Below are positions 1-12,962 of a stretch of DNA of 64,000 bases, in pieces. How positions within the stretch are numbered: the first letter of the stretch is position 1; each line of letters begins with the position of its first letter. A model generated the notes under the pieces. It saw only the letters and a list, made by a program, of their open reading frames with translations, made no database searches and had not been told where the DNA came from. A program made the position numbers and the translations under genes. This DNA is from Marsupella aquatica (lineage: Eukaryota; Plantae; Marchantiophyta), in the NCBI GenBank assembly GCA_973895155.1, contig OZ316891.1, positions 10,789,875 to 10,853,874 of the forward strand, given 5' to 3'.

Positions 1-2154
1 ACCACATTTTTGCTAGATAAAGTGGGAGGCCATTCAGTTTGACTACTTCAAAGAGATGTATTTGGGTAGGTTTTCTCTCCCTTAAGGGGATATGTCTCCA
101 AAAACATATATGATGAGACTCGTGTCTCCTAGTAGACCTAACCCAAGTTACGAAGCACCGTGGTTGTGCTACTAGGAAACACTATACGAAAATGACAATA
201 TATCTTCAACAAGAAGTCCCTTGGATGACTTCTTCTAGTGCGTTGGAGAGTTCTCAAGGAGTACAAACTACATTCTCATTATCTCAATTGAGTCTTAGGT
301 TGACTTAAGTCCTCAAGAGTTACAAGGGCTATCTTGCCCGCTTGTAGATCTTATTGAAAGAGTAGCCAAACCACGCTCAATTTTCCATGACAACTTGCGT
401 TGGAGTCACGGAACTCAACTACCTTAACACTTAGCTCCAGCATCGCTGACTCCGACGCCGAGCTCCCTTATGGTCCAGGCCCAGATAGGCCACCCGGGGA
501 GGACTTAGCATATTAGGTAAACTTGTGGGCAATGGGAGTGACGTGGCACTGGCGAAGGCAAGGCAAGGCGCTAAGCTGGTGACACACACTTAGGATTTAG
601 TTAGACTAGCTAAAGGCTGGTCGGGTCAAGGGGGGAAGGGCCGGGCTCAAGGTCGATTGTCCGGACCTCCGGACGGACTTTGAGTTCTGAGGGTTTGAGT
701 GAAAGCTCCTCTTGGGCCCAAGGCTAACAGAGTTGATTCCATGGGTAACGAACGCTTGGGGCACGAGTTATGGCCCAATCCGAGTTTGGCCGATCGGGGG
801 CTCGGGCAACGATGAGATCTGAGGGCGTAGGCATGAGCACAGGGTCAGCCCAATTAAAACGGGCTAAGGCACTCCGCTTGCGGATTCTTAACTATAAAGT
901 TTTGGGCATTGTTAATTGGTGGCACACCCAGACATGCAGGTTGGGGTCCAGGTGGGGGGCCAAAATTTGGGGACCAAAGTTGTTCCGGGGGTGGCAGGTC
1001 TCAGAAGCATATATGAAGGAAATGGTGTCTCCCTGGGGGCTAAGGGCGAGCCAAAGTTGTGAACCACGGTAGTTGCGACACTAAGGGAAAACGCCAAACG
1101 GAAACGGCGATAACTTCCCAACGGGAAATCTGTTGGAGGACTTCTTGGGTGCGTTAGAAAGATCTCAAGGAGGGCTACATCCTCCTGAGCTCAGTTGAGT
1201 CTAAGGGTGCCGTAAGTTCTCAGGGTTTGCGGGGGCTATATTGCCCGTTTGCCAGGTCATGTCAAAACAGCAGCCAAGCCGCATTCAATCTCTCAAGGGA
1301 GCTTGCGTTGGGAAAGCAAGGCCAAGTAGGAGTGGAGATTGAGTTCCAAGAGCATTTGGCCCCTAGACCATCAGTGGGGCGAGAACCGGCAAGACAATGG
1401 TCTTGGGATCCGAGATGATGGCGAATTACTTACTAATGTGGTTGGTATGTTGCTTGTGCAGATAGTATGGGCCATTGAACAACAATTGTGTTGAGGAGCA
1501 ATTGCGGCTTCATATGGGAGTTGTCGGTGGTGGTGATAGCGGCACTGTTTGTTTGTTTGCTTGTCAATTTTCGTAGGCATTCGGCACTAAGAGTACTTAG
1601 GCAAGGTGTTGGGTTTGATGGAAGCGTTGGGAGGCTAGGTCCACCGGCCCTTGCTGTTGGGTCTCCACTTTGTATGCCATAAGCCCTATTTATAGAGGAG
1701 GTTTCTTTGCAAAAATTTATATCATTACTTTTGGGACATCTGTGAAGTTAAGGACCAGAAAACTAAGGACCACCCACATGCAACTTTAGGGGTATTTGTA
1801 AATTCTGGAAAACTAAGAGCCAACTCGCATGTCATCGGCCCTTGATTTTCCGGCCCTTATGTCTCCTGATGATGCTGGCAAAAAGCAGTTTGCGCTTGTC
1901 CAGAAAATATGTGTGAATGTTACATATGTACTGCTTGTCGTTTGCAACTAAAGATTATACAAGGCACTGCAGGAAGCTATCACTCCTCTCTACAAAATGT
2001 CACTTTTCCCTAGACTTTTCCACTTTTGTTTTGTTCTGCAGTGGCCGGAAAGGTTTAGGCCCTTGACTTTGGAAATGCAAAATTTATACCACCAGGCACA
2101 TGAGAGGGTTCAGGCTGGTTTCTCTAGGTGATATGGTGACCTCGACGTTAGGCT

Positions 2155-2248
2155 GAAGGCTGCATTGTGAGGGGCTGCTCACATGCATGTTGGGCCTTAG
2201 AGAAGGCTGCATTGTGAGGGGCTGCTCACATGCATGTTGGGCCTTAGA
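2155..2248. repeat. 47-bp tandem duplication
   Basis: GAAGGCTGCATTGTGAGGGGCTGCTCACATGCATGTTGGGCCTTAGA occurs twice head-to-tail (starts 2155 and 2202). Confidence 0.9.
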
Positions 2249-2544
2249 GCTGTCGTGCATGTACACTGTCCTCTTCTCTTGCCACAAGTAAAATGCACAA
2301 GTCCTTTCCTTATATCTATTTTGTTTGCTGTTTTGGTCATTTCTCTATTTATTGTCTCTACTTTATTCTGATTATAAAGGATGGGACCCCAAGGAAGGGA
2401 AAGGTTCCAGCCCTTGGTTCTCCACTTTGCATGTATGCCATAAGCCCTGCCTTAAAAATTTCCAAACAATATTTGTGAAGTTCCAGACTCCTCTTGAGAG
2501 TGTCATGTGTGGAGTTGAGAGCCAAGGAACTAAGGACCTCACAC

Positions 2545-2955
2545 ATGCAAGACCCCTCTTAGGGACATTTGTGAAGTTCAAGACTCCTCTTAGGGACATG
2601 TGTGAAGTTGAGGACAGGAAAACACGCAAGCAAGACTCCTCTTAGGGACATTTGTGAAATAGAGGACAGAAAAACACACATGCAAGACCCCTCTTAGGGA
2701 CATGGCAAGACCCCACTTAGGGACATTTGTGAAGTTGAGTACAGGAAAACACAAATGCAAGACCCCTCTTAGGGACATATGTGAAGTTGAGGACAGAAAA
2801 ACACACATGCAAGACCCCTCTTAGGGACATGGCAAGACCCCTCGTAGGGACATTTTTGAAGTTAAGGACAGGAAAGCACACCTGCGAGACCCCTCTCAGG
2901 GACATGGCAAGACCTCTCTAAGGGACATTTGTAAAGTTGAGGACAGGAAAACTTA
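2545..2955. repeat. Degenerate modular minisatellite (~22-bp and ~52-bp units)
   Basis: Repeated GCAAGACCCCTCTTAGGGACAT, alternating with or without the spacer TTGTGAAGTTGAGGACAGGAAAACACACAT. Related motifs occur at ~1730-1800. Confidence 0.85.
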
Positions 2956-3228
2956 AGGACCGTACAAAAACGAGGTGGCCCTTAGCCGATGATGTGAACG
3001 CTACCGCAGTTTTCACAGCGAGAGGTTTGGGGCGGGACTTCGCACGAGCCCGCCGTTTCGACCTTTTAGAGCACTGTGCATTCAGTCAGTGCTCCTACGG
3101 ACGGTAATTGCATTGTGACCAGGAGAATTGATTTGCTCTTTGCTAGGCTCTGCGCAATCAATGCTCAAGGCTGCAGAGTGCGGAGTCTCTTACTCGCGGG
3201 ACGGGTGACGAAGCGGAAATTCGACACA

Positions 3229-4674
3229 ATGCAGGTAACGAATTCTCCAGAATCTGCTTGTTTGTATTAGCATAGAGTCTTGCTTGATATCACGAACTCA
3301 TCACAAGTACTATGAATTTGTATGAAGTTTATTGTAATGCTTCTTTTCGCTTACGGAGGACGAGCTAGTGTGGCTGCTTTTGAGACGTGGCGAATGAATT
3401 TAATTGCTCAGTTCCGCATCATCCTTTAATTTCTATCGAAAACAGATCTGTGTGCACTACTGAGTGAGTGCTATGATTGTATCCCTTTCTCTAAATTGTA
3501 TCGAGCTCGTCATTCGTACTATTCTGTACTTTGCATTCTATAAAGTCTTTCAATCGCGTTCTGCAATATGTGTGCTCTTTAGCAGCAATCCGGAACAACC
3601 GCGCTCGATAACTCCGGACGATCGGACATCTATAATAAAGATTGTGTGAAAAGGAAACGGTTGGACGACTCGCTTCTACTACCAGACGAAGCCGAAGACA
3701 TACAACTTGACGAGCATGATCATGAGGTGGGGGAGGAGATGAAGGGAGACATAACTCCACATGAAGCTGGCCTCAACGGAAGCGTTGATGAGGAGGACGA
3801 ATTGATAGGGTCTCAACAAGACGGCTCTCAGACCATGGAGGTCAGCATGCAGCACATCCGTCAGAAAATGGATGTCTTCACTGATCAGGTAGGTTTGGTC
3901 TTCAAAATTGTTTGATTGAATTGATTCGCTGACGAGGACCATTAATAGCAAGGCACCTGGTTGACGTTACAGATGAAATAGACGTAAGCTCTACAGTGTC
4001 TGTAGGTACGTAGTCAAGTCTTTGCCATAGATGGATCTTTGGCTCTAGTCAACCGTGATTCCTGAAGCGCTTAACTCACAGTATTGTAAGAAACACCTTG
4101 ACTGATCGAGTTTTGGAATTTGCACAGGTATCTAGCCTGCTGGAGTGTGGAAAATCGTTTTTCATTGACGCCGCTACTGCTTTCGAAGACAGCATTGTGC
4201 AGTATCCTTTTCTGTTCGTCCTAGAGGGACTTTCAAAGTGACGTTCGGTAGAGTAATCGATAACAACGGCTTACTGGTAGAGTTTGGTGACTTTCCTTTG
4301 TACCGACCAATTTACAAAGTCAAATTGAAAGAAAAGAATTTCATTGACAGAATCAAGCTTCGATACGGATCGAGGTGTATATAGTTCCGCTTCAGTTTTC
4401 GACTGTCAATTTGAAGAGACGACGAGTTCAGTTGTTGACGTTTGTTTATAGCTTCGCACTGAGAATAGCGTTCTTGCCCTTCTGTTGAACGTCAAGACCT
4501 TAAATCTTCATACGCTGCAGACTTCACCGAAGCCAGATGGACAAGTGGGAGCAAGAAATCGAGTCGCTGCGAGCAATGGATGCAATAAATGAGGACATGA
4601 GTTTTCGTCTTGCAGATGCTCAGGCAACAATCAGTTCAGTTCGACCCGTACCCCGTATTCATGCCTCGGCGTGA
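3229..4674 (+). CDS. KNB36: Knotted1-binding protein 36-like small coiled-coil protein, 4 exons (3229-3234, 3583-3888, 4128-4201, 4521-4674), ~179 aa
   Basis: GT-AG introns give an open spliced frame of 540 nt ending in TGA. An acidic N-terminus with KRKR is followed by MEVSMQHIRQKMDVFTDQVSSLLECGKSFFIDAATAFEDSIVQLHRSQMDKWEQEIESLRAMDAINE, which I recognise as the plant KNB36 pattern. The first micro-exon and the 3583/3586 acceptor choice are less certain. Confidence 0.75.
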
Positions 4675-5730
4675 CTTTCACGAGTTTTGGCATCCGCAAT
4701 TTATGGTTCATGGAGACCATGGCAGGATAGAAATCAAGACCTCGAGTTTGAGAGTTACCACTGTAGTCAGGAAGGAAGTGCACTCTCACTGTTCAAAATG
4801 GTCAACCCGACGCAACACCGGCCCATGAAGCATCTATAGATAAACGATAAGGGATAGATTTGTGTTAAACATAGAACGCCGCAAACGAGCTCCACAGTCG
4901 ATTATCCGGATCGGGATTAAATCAGGAGGAAAAGCTGCACTGCTTCAGTGCACTCGCTCACACTATGATCGGTGTAAAACAATGCGTTCGGATTGCAATT
5001 TCGACTGCTTCAGTGTTACACTTCTACGAAAATTCAGCTACTTTCGGGATATGAGACAATTTCACAAATTTTGTCTCATCCTCTCTATAAATTTACAAAA
5101 ACATTTGTTGTCTCAGTGTTTCGCACTAGCCGCGTGCACGGCACACGCGCCTAAGTAATATAGGGACTGCTTCCAAAACTGCACTCCATCAGATGCTCGA
5201 GTTCCCCGAACCTGAAGAAGTGAATGAATTGAATATATCACCATTTGGGATGGACTGCGCCAATTGGTAATCTATTCTATTCCTTCGCATCAGCTTTCGC
5301 ATTAACCTTCGCATAAAGCTAACTACTGGTACCGCACTGAGGGAAAGCAGTGCTGCAGGTACTACAAAGAATTCACATTCTTCTTCCCCTATCCTCAATT
5401 TTCTGAGCAAGCTACCTACACTAGTTTGTCAGTACCTATACAGACATTGAATAGCTGGATGATATCGTCAAAAGGATGAGTTATTCTCGCGAGCTATGCA
5501 GCTGACTGACGAAAACCCATCACTGAAAGGGGTTTCGTTCACAAGGCGAAGCCAGTTTCTGTCGCCGCTAGCGACGAGCAGGAGATTGTCGAAACAACCC
5601 CACACAAATATGTACACTTAGAGGAAGGTATTAGGACATCCGTGATCCTTTCCTCTCAATTCACTACTGTGACTACACTCTTCTGCCCTTCGAGTACTTC
5701 CCGAAGAAAACACGTTGATTTTCAATGAAG

Positions 5731-8693
5731 TCATCTCTCCACAACACCGAACGGCGATTTGATATGCTCCTTCAGAGTGTGCATGCTGTCTGTAAACCAC
5801 GCCCCAAGACCCCTCTTCTCACTTGTACCGCCACCTGGGGTTGTGTCCGTCTTGGGGGAAGCTGTTGATTTAGAGCCCTGCACAATTGGAGCAATCGGCA
5901 GAACGTGCTCCTCCTCAAGCTGTGTTGGGTGTACTGGTAAAGAATGCAATTGATTGGGAGTGAAAGACAGATGTCCCATGGATGCCGCCCTGGTGTGGGA
6001 ACCGCGTCTTCTCGCTGAATCTGGGGGCGCAACGGGACCAGTGGTGTTGGAAGATGAGAACAGAGATGGGAATTCGGGAGCAATAGGAACAGTATTTGGT
6101 CTCATAGTGTCAGACGAAGAAGGCAGCATGTCTTCAGCAAAGATAGCCTTCTTAATTGGTGTCGTCTTCTGGTCCGGGATGGCAGAATTGCCTGAACTTT
6201 TAGTGGGCGATGTATTGGTGGATGAGAGCGGTGGAGGGAAGAGGGCAGCAAGCTGAGGTTCAGGTGCAGGACGGTGATACTGCATATGCTTGCTAGGGCT
6301 CACGAGAGGCCCGGAGAAGCTATTGAATGAGAGCGCTCGAGCCACCGTCTTGCCATTGTTCCCTTCTTCCATTCCTGGTGGTGGCAAAGAGGATAGTGAG
6401 TCGGAAGAGCAATCACCATAATTACTGCTTTGAATTTTGGATGGAGTGACGCTGTTACTGATTCCACCTAGATGACCAGATCCAAAGGTCCTGCCCGTGA
6501 AGGAGAGTACACGGGACAATCTCCTTCCGCTGGTGGACAATTGGTCGTTCTTTCTTGCTGAAGAAGGGCTCGCCTTGTTGGGAGTGGTGCTGTTGCTGCC
6601 ATTAGTATGATTGCTAGAACCACCTGGACTCCGCAGGATGACGAAATTCCTCTCCGTTAGCGGCTGAAGGGTTCGCCTCACTTTCCTCTTTAGGTCCGAG
6701 ACAGTGTCTGTGGTGAGGACGGGTATGGTGACGCTCCCGAGTATGTGCCCTTTGCTCGTCCTCAGCAGCTTGATTTTCCGAGCAGCCGGTGTGTGGTCCT
6801 CCATACCTTTCAACATTGGCAAGCAAAAAACAAAACAACTGTGTATTAGACACCTGCATGTTTATTCGGGGGAAGTGCTACAGAGATTGCGACGTCTCTC
6901 TTAGGCTCTACGAAAGACCACATCGGCGATGTGATAGCACTTGTAATAGCCAAGCAAAAGAGACAAATTATCCTTAGCGATTATATCCTCACACATGGGC
7001 TGCAGCTATAGCTCTTGTCAAATCCCCTAGGCTATGAGGAACATCGTCCGTTAGCGACAGAATTCTCGGAGGATTTGAAGTACGGATGTGCGAATTTTAC
7101 TTATGCATGCTGCCCGGGCAATCGAGCCCATTCATTCATTGCTACCTGAGTTCTCTCTGGAATGTTGGACGTCGCTGGCCATCTTCTGAGGTAATTTGCT
7201 GCGTGGGGTTCGAAAGATGGTGACCTGCAAAGCGCTGTCCGAGTGCACGTAGTAATCGCTCAATGTCCTTTTCTCGTGCAGGATCTTCCCTGCACCCATG
7301 GAAATTGAACACCCCCACCAAAGCGACCGTTAGAGCTCACCTAGTCTCTGAATTGCATGGTTAGTTAGTTCACACTCTTATCCACACAGACGAAACCTCA
7401 CGATGAAGAGACTGTTTCATCATCGTCAACCAGTCTAATGCAGGAAATGCTTCAGTACCGGAGTAAGTGACGCGCTGCTGCCATGTTGCAACGCCAGTGC
7501 GCGCTTCCACCACTTGTTGAACAGATTGGACCAGGTCACGTCCCTGCACCACCATTGTGAAGCTCTGCTCCCCCACGACATCTACGGATATGACCATGCG
7601 ACAGTGCGCTTGATCAACATTACTGTCACCTGCACGCCCCGCCATCATTGAAAGGAGTTAATTAATCACACAATGCGAGAGGATGACCGTTCAGACGAGG
7701 CGATGGTGACAATAGAGGAATGAGAAAGGAGAAAAGGAAGGATGAAACACACCTGATTTGCAGAGGTCCAGCGTCGAGTCTTCACAAACGCGGTGAGAGC
7801 CGTCGAAGTCTTTGATACACAAACCATTGTGCATGCTGCGACCGACGGACGACAGCAACTGCTGGTCCACCGGAATACCTGCCATTCTCTCCAGTGCCTG
7901 TTTCAAATCTACAATCCGTGTCGCGTGGGTAACCCCCAAAAGAGGCAGAATGCCGTCCTTCGTCTCCACAAAAATCCGTCCCCCGGTTTCTGATAAAGGT
8001 TGCGGCAATCTCTGCCAAAGAAATGGTATGTAAAGACATTCCGATCAGTAATCGTAACAGATTCGTCAAGTGCCATGGGAAGAGATTGCATAGTTATATT
8101 CAAACATTTCGGCTCGAGTTTTTATCTCTGTCCAATCTCTACCCGCTAGAAAAGCTGAGAGAAGTTTTGCTAAGTAGTGGAAATGTGTTGTAATCTAAAA
8201 TCCTTTGTTTCCAATATGGGTCGTTTCACAATAATCTCGAGCTGAGAATTAATATGAGTCTTTTCAGAATAACCGTTAATGACATTACACCTACCCTTAG
8301 TTGCAGGACGGTTTTCTCCAGGATATGATACTCCTCGAGCCTGAGGTTGTCGTCCAGCTCGACAGTTCGGCCTCCTTCGCGGGCGAAGAAAATGAAATTG
8401 TCTTCATCCACATGGAGTTCCGGCGTCTCCGTCTCCGCCTGGCACAAATACCGTTTGTATATGTCCTCAATGGCTTCCTTCTCAGATAATTTCCTGAAGA
8501 GTGGAGCCTGCAGCACCTGGAGCTCGTCCGGGATGAACAGATTCCGTCGGATGAAATCCTTCACTGTGGCCTTCACTGTTCCGTAGGGCTCGACGTTCGG
8601 TACCAGCACTGTTCCCGACTGCTCTGACGGTGTGCTGACCAATATCTTCGGTAATGCTAGATGCTCCACTTTCACCGCCACCGTGAACCCCAT
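5731..8693 (-). CDS. Multi-ubiquitin-like-domain protein with long Ser/Pro-rich disordered C-terminus, 5 coding exons (8693-8295, 8011-7753, 7629-7459, 7289-7146, 6806-5731), ~682 aa
   Basis: All junctions are GT-AG with matching phases (2049 nt total). UBL signatures: ELDDNLRLEEYHILEKTVLQLR; IVDLKQALERMAGIPVDQQLL; GVATWQQRVTYSGKILHEKRTLSDYYVHSDSALQV; TTDTVSDLKRKV. Likely upstream non-coding exons have donors at 9380 and 9705. Confidence 0.8.
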
Positions 8694-10369
8694 TGCCTGG
8701 AATTCCAATGAGCGTACTCTATTCGCTGCCTGCAAAAAACCTTCACAACACGAAATGGTCAGAGAGAGAGAGAAAGAGAGAGAGAGACGGACAGATTGCT
8801 CATCTTTCGGTAGAGCAGCGAAACATCCCTAAACGACTGTCCGTTACGAACTCTAACGGCTATAAAGAAACATCCTCGGTGTTGGGGCGCAGAGGGCAGT
8901 GGAAGCTCATCAGTATCAAGGAGAAAGGTGGCGAAATGTTCAGTAGAGGAGTATCTATACCACTAAAGTCTGTCAGTATACATCTACGGGGAATTAGCGA
9001 TCTTCTGTGGTGATGAATGAATACTAAAGAAATCTGTCAGTAGACCTTCACGGGGAATTTGAGATCCTCTGTGGTAATGAATGAAAGCTCAGGATCAGAG
9101 GGGAGAGAAAGATTGCGTGACTTATGACACAGGAGCAAACATCAATGTAGTAACTACTACAGATAATTGAGAGTTTTCATCGTTGGGAAGGTGACGCTCA
9201 GCGCCAGAGTGGTCAAAAGAGAAAGAAAGTGAGAGAGAGAACAGGAGAACAGCAAGACTATCCCCGGGCAAGTATCTCGCTAGGACTTTCTGAAAATAGT
9301 TTGAAGTTCTCAACATTGGCCAGAGGAACCTGGAAATTATATGAGTGTGCTTCATCTGAATATATTACACTGAGGCGCACTTTCCAGATTCCGGAATCGT
9401 CGTAAAGAAGGTCCCGTCTCCTCTTAGAAATTGATCCTGAACGCGACCGCGCTCTATGTGGTGCTACTCCTCCACCAAACAAGACAGTTCAAAAAGAAAT
9501 TCACTAGCGTTCCGGCGGTCGATTGTTGTGGAAATGTGTGACACCAAACGCAGACGCAGGAAGTCAAACCACTGCGGCCGGGAAACAAGAAAAGCAATCG
9601 GCAACCACAATTCTCCGCTACAACTTTCACACAACATAGACGGCTCTCGAAAGACAGACCGACCAACCGACCTGACCAGTATTCCTGCACCAGGATTCCA
9701 CTCACCTCCTTGAGAAGGTCCGAGCCGTTGGGACAAGCTTCACAGCCTTGCTCCGAGTAAACGAAGCACCACACCAACACTTCAATGCTCACACTCGCGA
9801 TGTTCTCGCTCCCAAATTACAATCCTCTTCCAAACACTCATTCATGCGTGTGTTTTCGTTCGCTTGCTTTTGCTTGCTTGCGACCAATGTGGCTACTTCT
9901 TCATCTCCCCTCTCAACGACTACTTCCACCTCAGGTCCGTGAGCCCATCGTGAGTTCTTCTTCCACCACCCACACCATCCTGCAATTTCCAGCTCTCTCG
10001 CGTCAGTCAGTCTCTCTCTCTCTCTGGCTCCTACTTCGAAACGAGAACCGCAGCCTTTTGACCGTCCTCTACCGTATAGCTGCAGGAACCATAGCTCCGA
10101 GCACGAGCGCGTCCCTTTCCCTTCTTCTTCAATTAGCTTTATCAGCAGCTTCTCTGCAACAGTGCAACTTTACCCGTCCATCTCATCAACCCTCCCCTCC
10201 CTCCCCTCCGCACTTCTTATTCTTCGTGCGCCTCCTTCGTCATCACTCTGTCATGTCGGCAGTCAGAAGAGTCACTCCGTCGGTCAACTCATCAACTGGC
10301 TGTGCGCTTGAATGCCGCAAGTGACGTTTGCTGAATTAACTATCTCTCCGGGGCGCAACGGTCCCACGG

Positions 10370-11190
10370 TGCACTTACGTGGGGATTGCACTATCGCTTT
10401 TGTGCATCCTCTGCGCACTGCACTTATCCACGTTTACGTGGAGGTTGCATTATATATCTTTTGTGCATCCACTGCACCTTGCACTTATCCACGTTTACGT
10501 GGGGGTTGCATTTTATCTCTTTTGTGCTTCCTCTGCACAATTCATATACACTTTACGTGGGAATTTGCACTATCTCTTTTGTGCATCCTGTGGTGCATTG
10601 CACTTATCCACAATTACGTTGGGTTGCACTATCTCTTTAGTGCATCCTCTGCACATTGCACTTATCCATCCTTGTGTGGGATTGCACTATCACTTTTGTG
10701 CATCCTCTGCACATTGCACGTAAATGATGTCCAGAAGACAGGATATCTGCATGTACACATTTATGGAGACCCTTGCTATTCCCATAATTTGTTGCCCGCA
10801 AGTATTTTTTCTGGACATAAATTATGTACTAAAATGCATGCATGGGCAAGGGTTGTAACCTTAACTATGGTCCAAGAAAGCTAGGAAAACCTTCCCTATT
10901 GTGCTAATTTTTTCACTTTCTGGTCCTAGGGTTAGAGGTTAGTAACCCAGGCCAGACTTGCATTATCCTATACTTATCCACAGTTACATGAGGGACATTA
11001 CATGAGGGACATGAGGGTTGCAGTATCTTTTTTGTGCATCCTCTGCACATTGTACTTATCTGCACTTACCTGGGGGTTGCACCGTCTCTTTTGTGCATCC
11101 TCTGCACATTGCACTTATTCACACTTACTTGAGGGTTGTACTATCTATTCTGTGCGACCTCTGCACATTGCACTTATCCACAACTTACTA
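10370..11190. repeat. ~57-bp tandem minisatellite in two blocks (10370-10720 and ~10970-11190)
   Basis: Unit ~TGCACTTATCCACGTTTACGTGGGGTTGCACTATCTCTTTTGTGCATCCTCTGCACAT. About 6 copies, then a ~250-bp unrelated spacer, then about 4 copies. Confidence 0.9.
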
Positions 11191-11942
11191 TTAATTTGAA
11201 GACTCTAGACTCTAACTGTGCCTGGGTCACCTAACTTTGGAGGTGTAGGGAATGGGGACAAATCACCTGAATAATAAAGAATGTTTTTTTCTTGCAAGGT
11301 CTTTTTGGACTCACCTACTTGCAAATGAACCGGTAGTCAAGTTAGTATCCAGAAGTGAGAGCACGAAAGGCGTTCTTTATTGGGTTGTTGTGCCCCTGGA
11401 CCCTGTCTCCTGGTTTGGCATTGCTGCCCTTAGGCACGGTGATACATAAGTTCCGAAAGTGAAACTTGTAAGGGAGAAAGGGGTTAGGTGTAGGATAAGG
11501 GAGGTCTGGGCTGGGGTTACCTGCAACAGGGTAGAAAATGAGGAAAAGTTGACCAGCAGCAGCCAAACATCTTTATAGTATGTGATTATGATTGCTATCC
11601 AAAAGAAGATTACTGATCATGAGTTTCTGGGCAAACTCTTATGGAAATAGCAAGTATCTCCAACAATGGTTACAAGGCATGGTTATTGCATGGATAACCA
11701 TTTTTACTCTATGTTACTATTCTCATAGTGTTGTGTCCCTCAATTTACAGCAGCATACCTTATTCTAAACAATAATTATACACAAAAACCGGTGTCTGGG
11801 CGGGGAATACTAGGCACTGCAATTATAGAGTTTTGACAGCAGGAATCCCTATATCATACGGGCTATCCAAGTCTACAGCTCATGACCTACTCCATAGAGT
11901 GAAGGCATAGGATGTGATTTCTTTGGTAAAAGAAAAGTTTTA

Positions 11943-12335
11943 TATGTCACACTGCCAACAAACAAAAGGCCTCTAACAGTCCCAAAGGCACGAGACCCAA
12001 TAAAAGTGGAAACAAGGGACCTACTCGGGACAGTGAAGGTAGAGTGAAAGAAGAGGACCTAATTTTTTTGGGAACAGAAAACTTGGTAAGTCACACTACC
12101 AAAAAAACAAAAGGTATCTAACAATCCCAAAGACACAAGACCCAATAAAAGAGGAAACAAGGGAAAACTACTTACTACTTAATTTCTCTGGTAACAGAAA
12201 TCTTGGTATATGTCACACTGCCACAAAAACAAAAGGCGTCTTACAATCCCAATTGAAAGCATGAGAACCCAATGAGAGATTGTTTCAAGGAAATAAGGGA
12301 TTGTTTTCCCAATAAAAGGGGAAACAAGGGAAAAC
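11943..12335. repeat. Three diverged direct repeats (~120-145-bp period)
   Basis: GTCACACTGCCA..ACAAAAGG..TAACAATCCCAA..GACCCAATAAAAG.GGAAACAAGGGA recurs three times. Confidence 0.75.
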
Positions 12336-12962
12336 CCTAGCAAGAAAATTTGATATTGATGCTTGTGAGTAGGGACAACCATGGGGGAGTCAGGGTACAC
12401 TTCCTGTGCATACACACTGGGGGTATGTTAGGGCTACTACTCGAAACACATGTCGAGTCACAGTTGATGTCCAAAGTGCACAATTCTTTACCAATTTCCT
12501 GTAAGATTCATTTGTCTTGTCAGACAGTTCTGAGATGATGCAAGACTATGCTAGAAGGACAACGGTCATAAAGTAGCATTGGACAGTTTGACTGCAGGAA
12601 TGCTTGAAGAACATGCATGGCGACAATTGATGACTAAAGCGCACACTTTTTGACCATTTTCTGGTAATATTCTTTTGTCTTGTCAGACTGTTCCGAGATG
12701 GTGCAAGACTATCCCAGAGAAACAGGAGTCACAAAGCAGCACGGAACATGTTTTGTGGGCCAGTATGTTTTGTGTTATTGCAACGAGGCCGCACTCTCGG
12801 ACACGAGTTCTAGTTCCTCATGAGAGATATACTTGGAGTTTACTTGATGGACTCCATGAGTAATCTAGAGCTTTGATAGAACTTAAATCAAAATCTCAAT
12901 CATGGTGTACCACTTTTCAATCTAGAGGTCCATCAAAGTATACCTCTCCGTTAGTGTCCAGG

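Noticed and set aside
2545-2955. CRISPR-like repeat/spacer appearance
   Set aside because: The spacers are copies of each other, no cas genes are present, and the context is eukaryotic. It is a minisatellite.
5125-5155. Hairpin CGCGTG..CACGCG next to CTAG as a Helitron 3' end
   Set aside because: The spacing to CTAG is too short and no matching 5' end was found.
9258-9482. Upstream coding exon of the UBL gene (..DDSGIWK|AANR..)
   Set aside because: It splices in frame, but no ATG was found in it. It is treated as probable 5' UTR, although an N-terminal extension cannot be excluded.
10312-10884. 190-aa Cys/His-rich ORF and overlapping ORFs
   Set aside because: These are translations of the 57-bp minisatellite in several frames.
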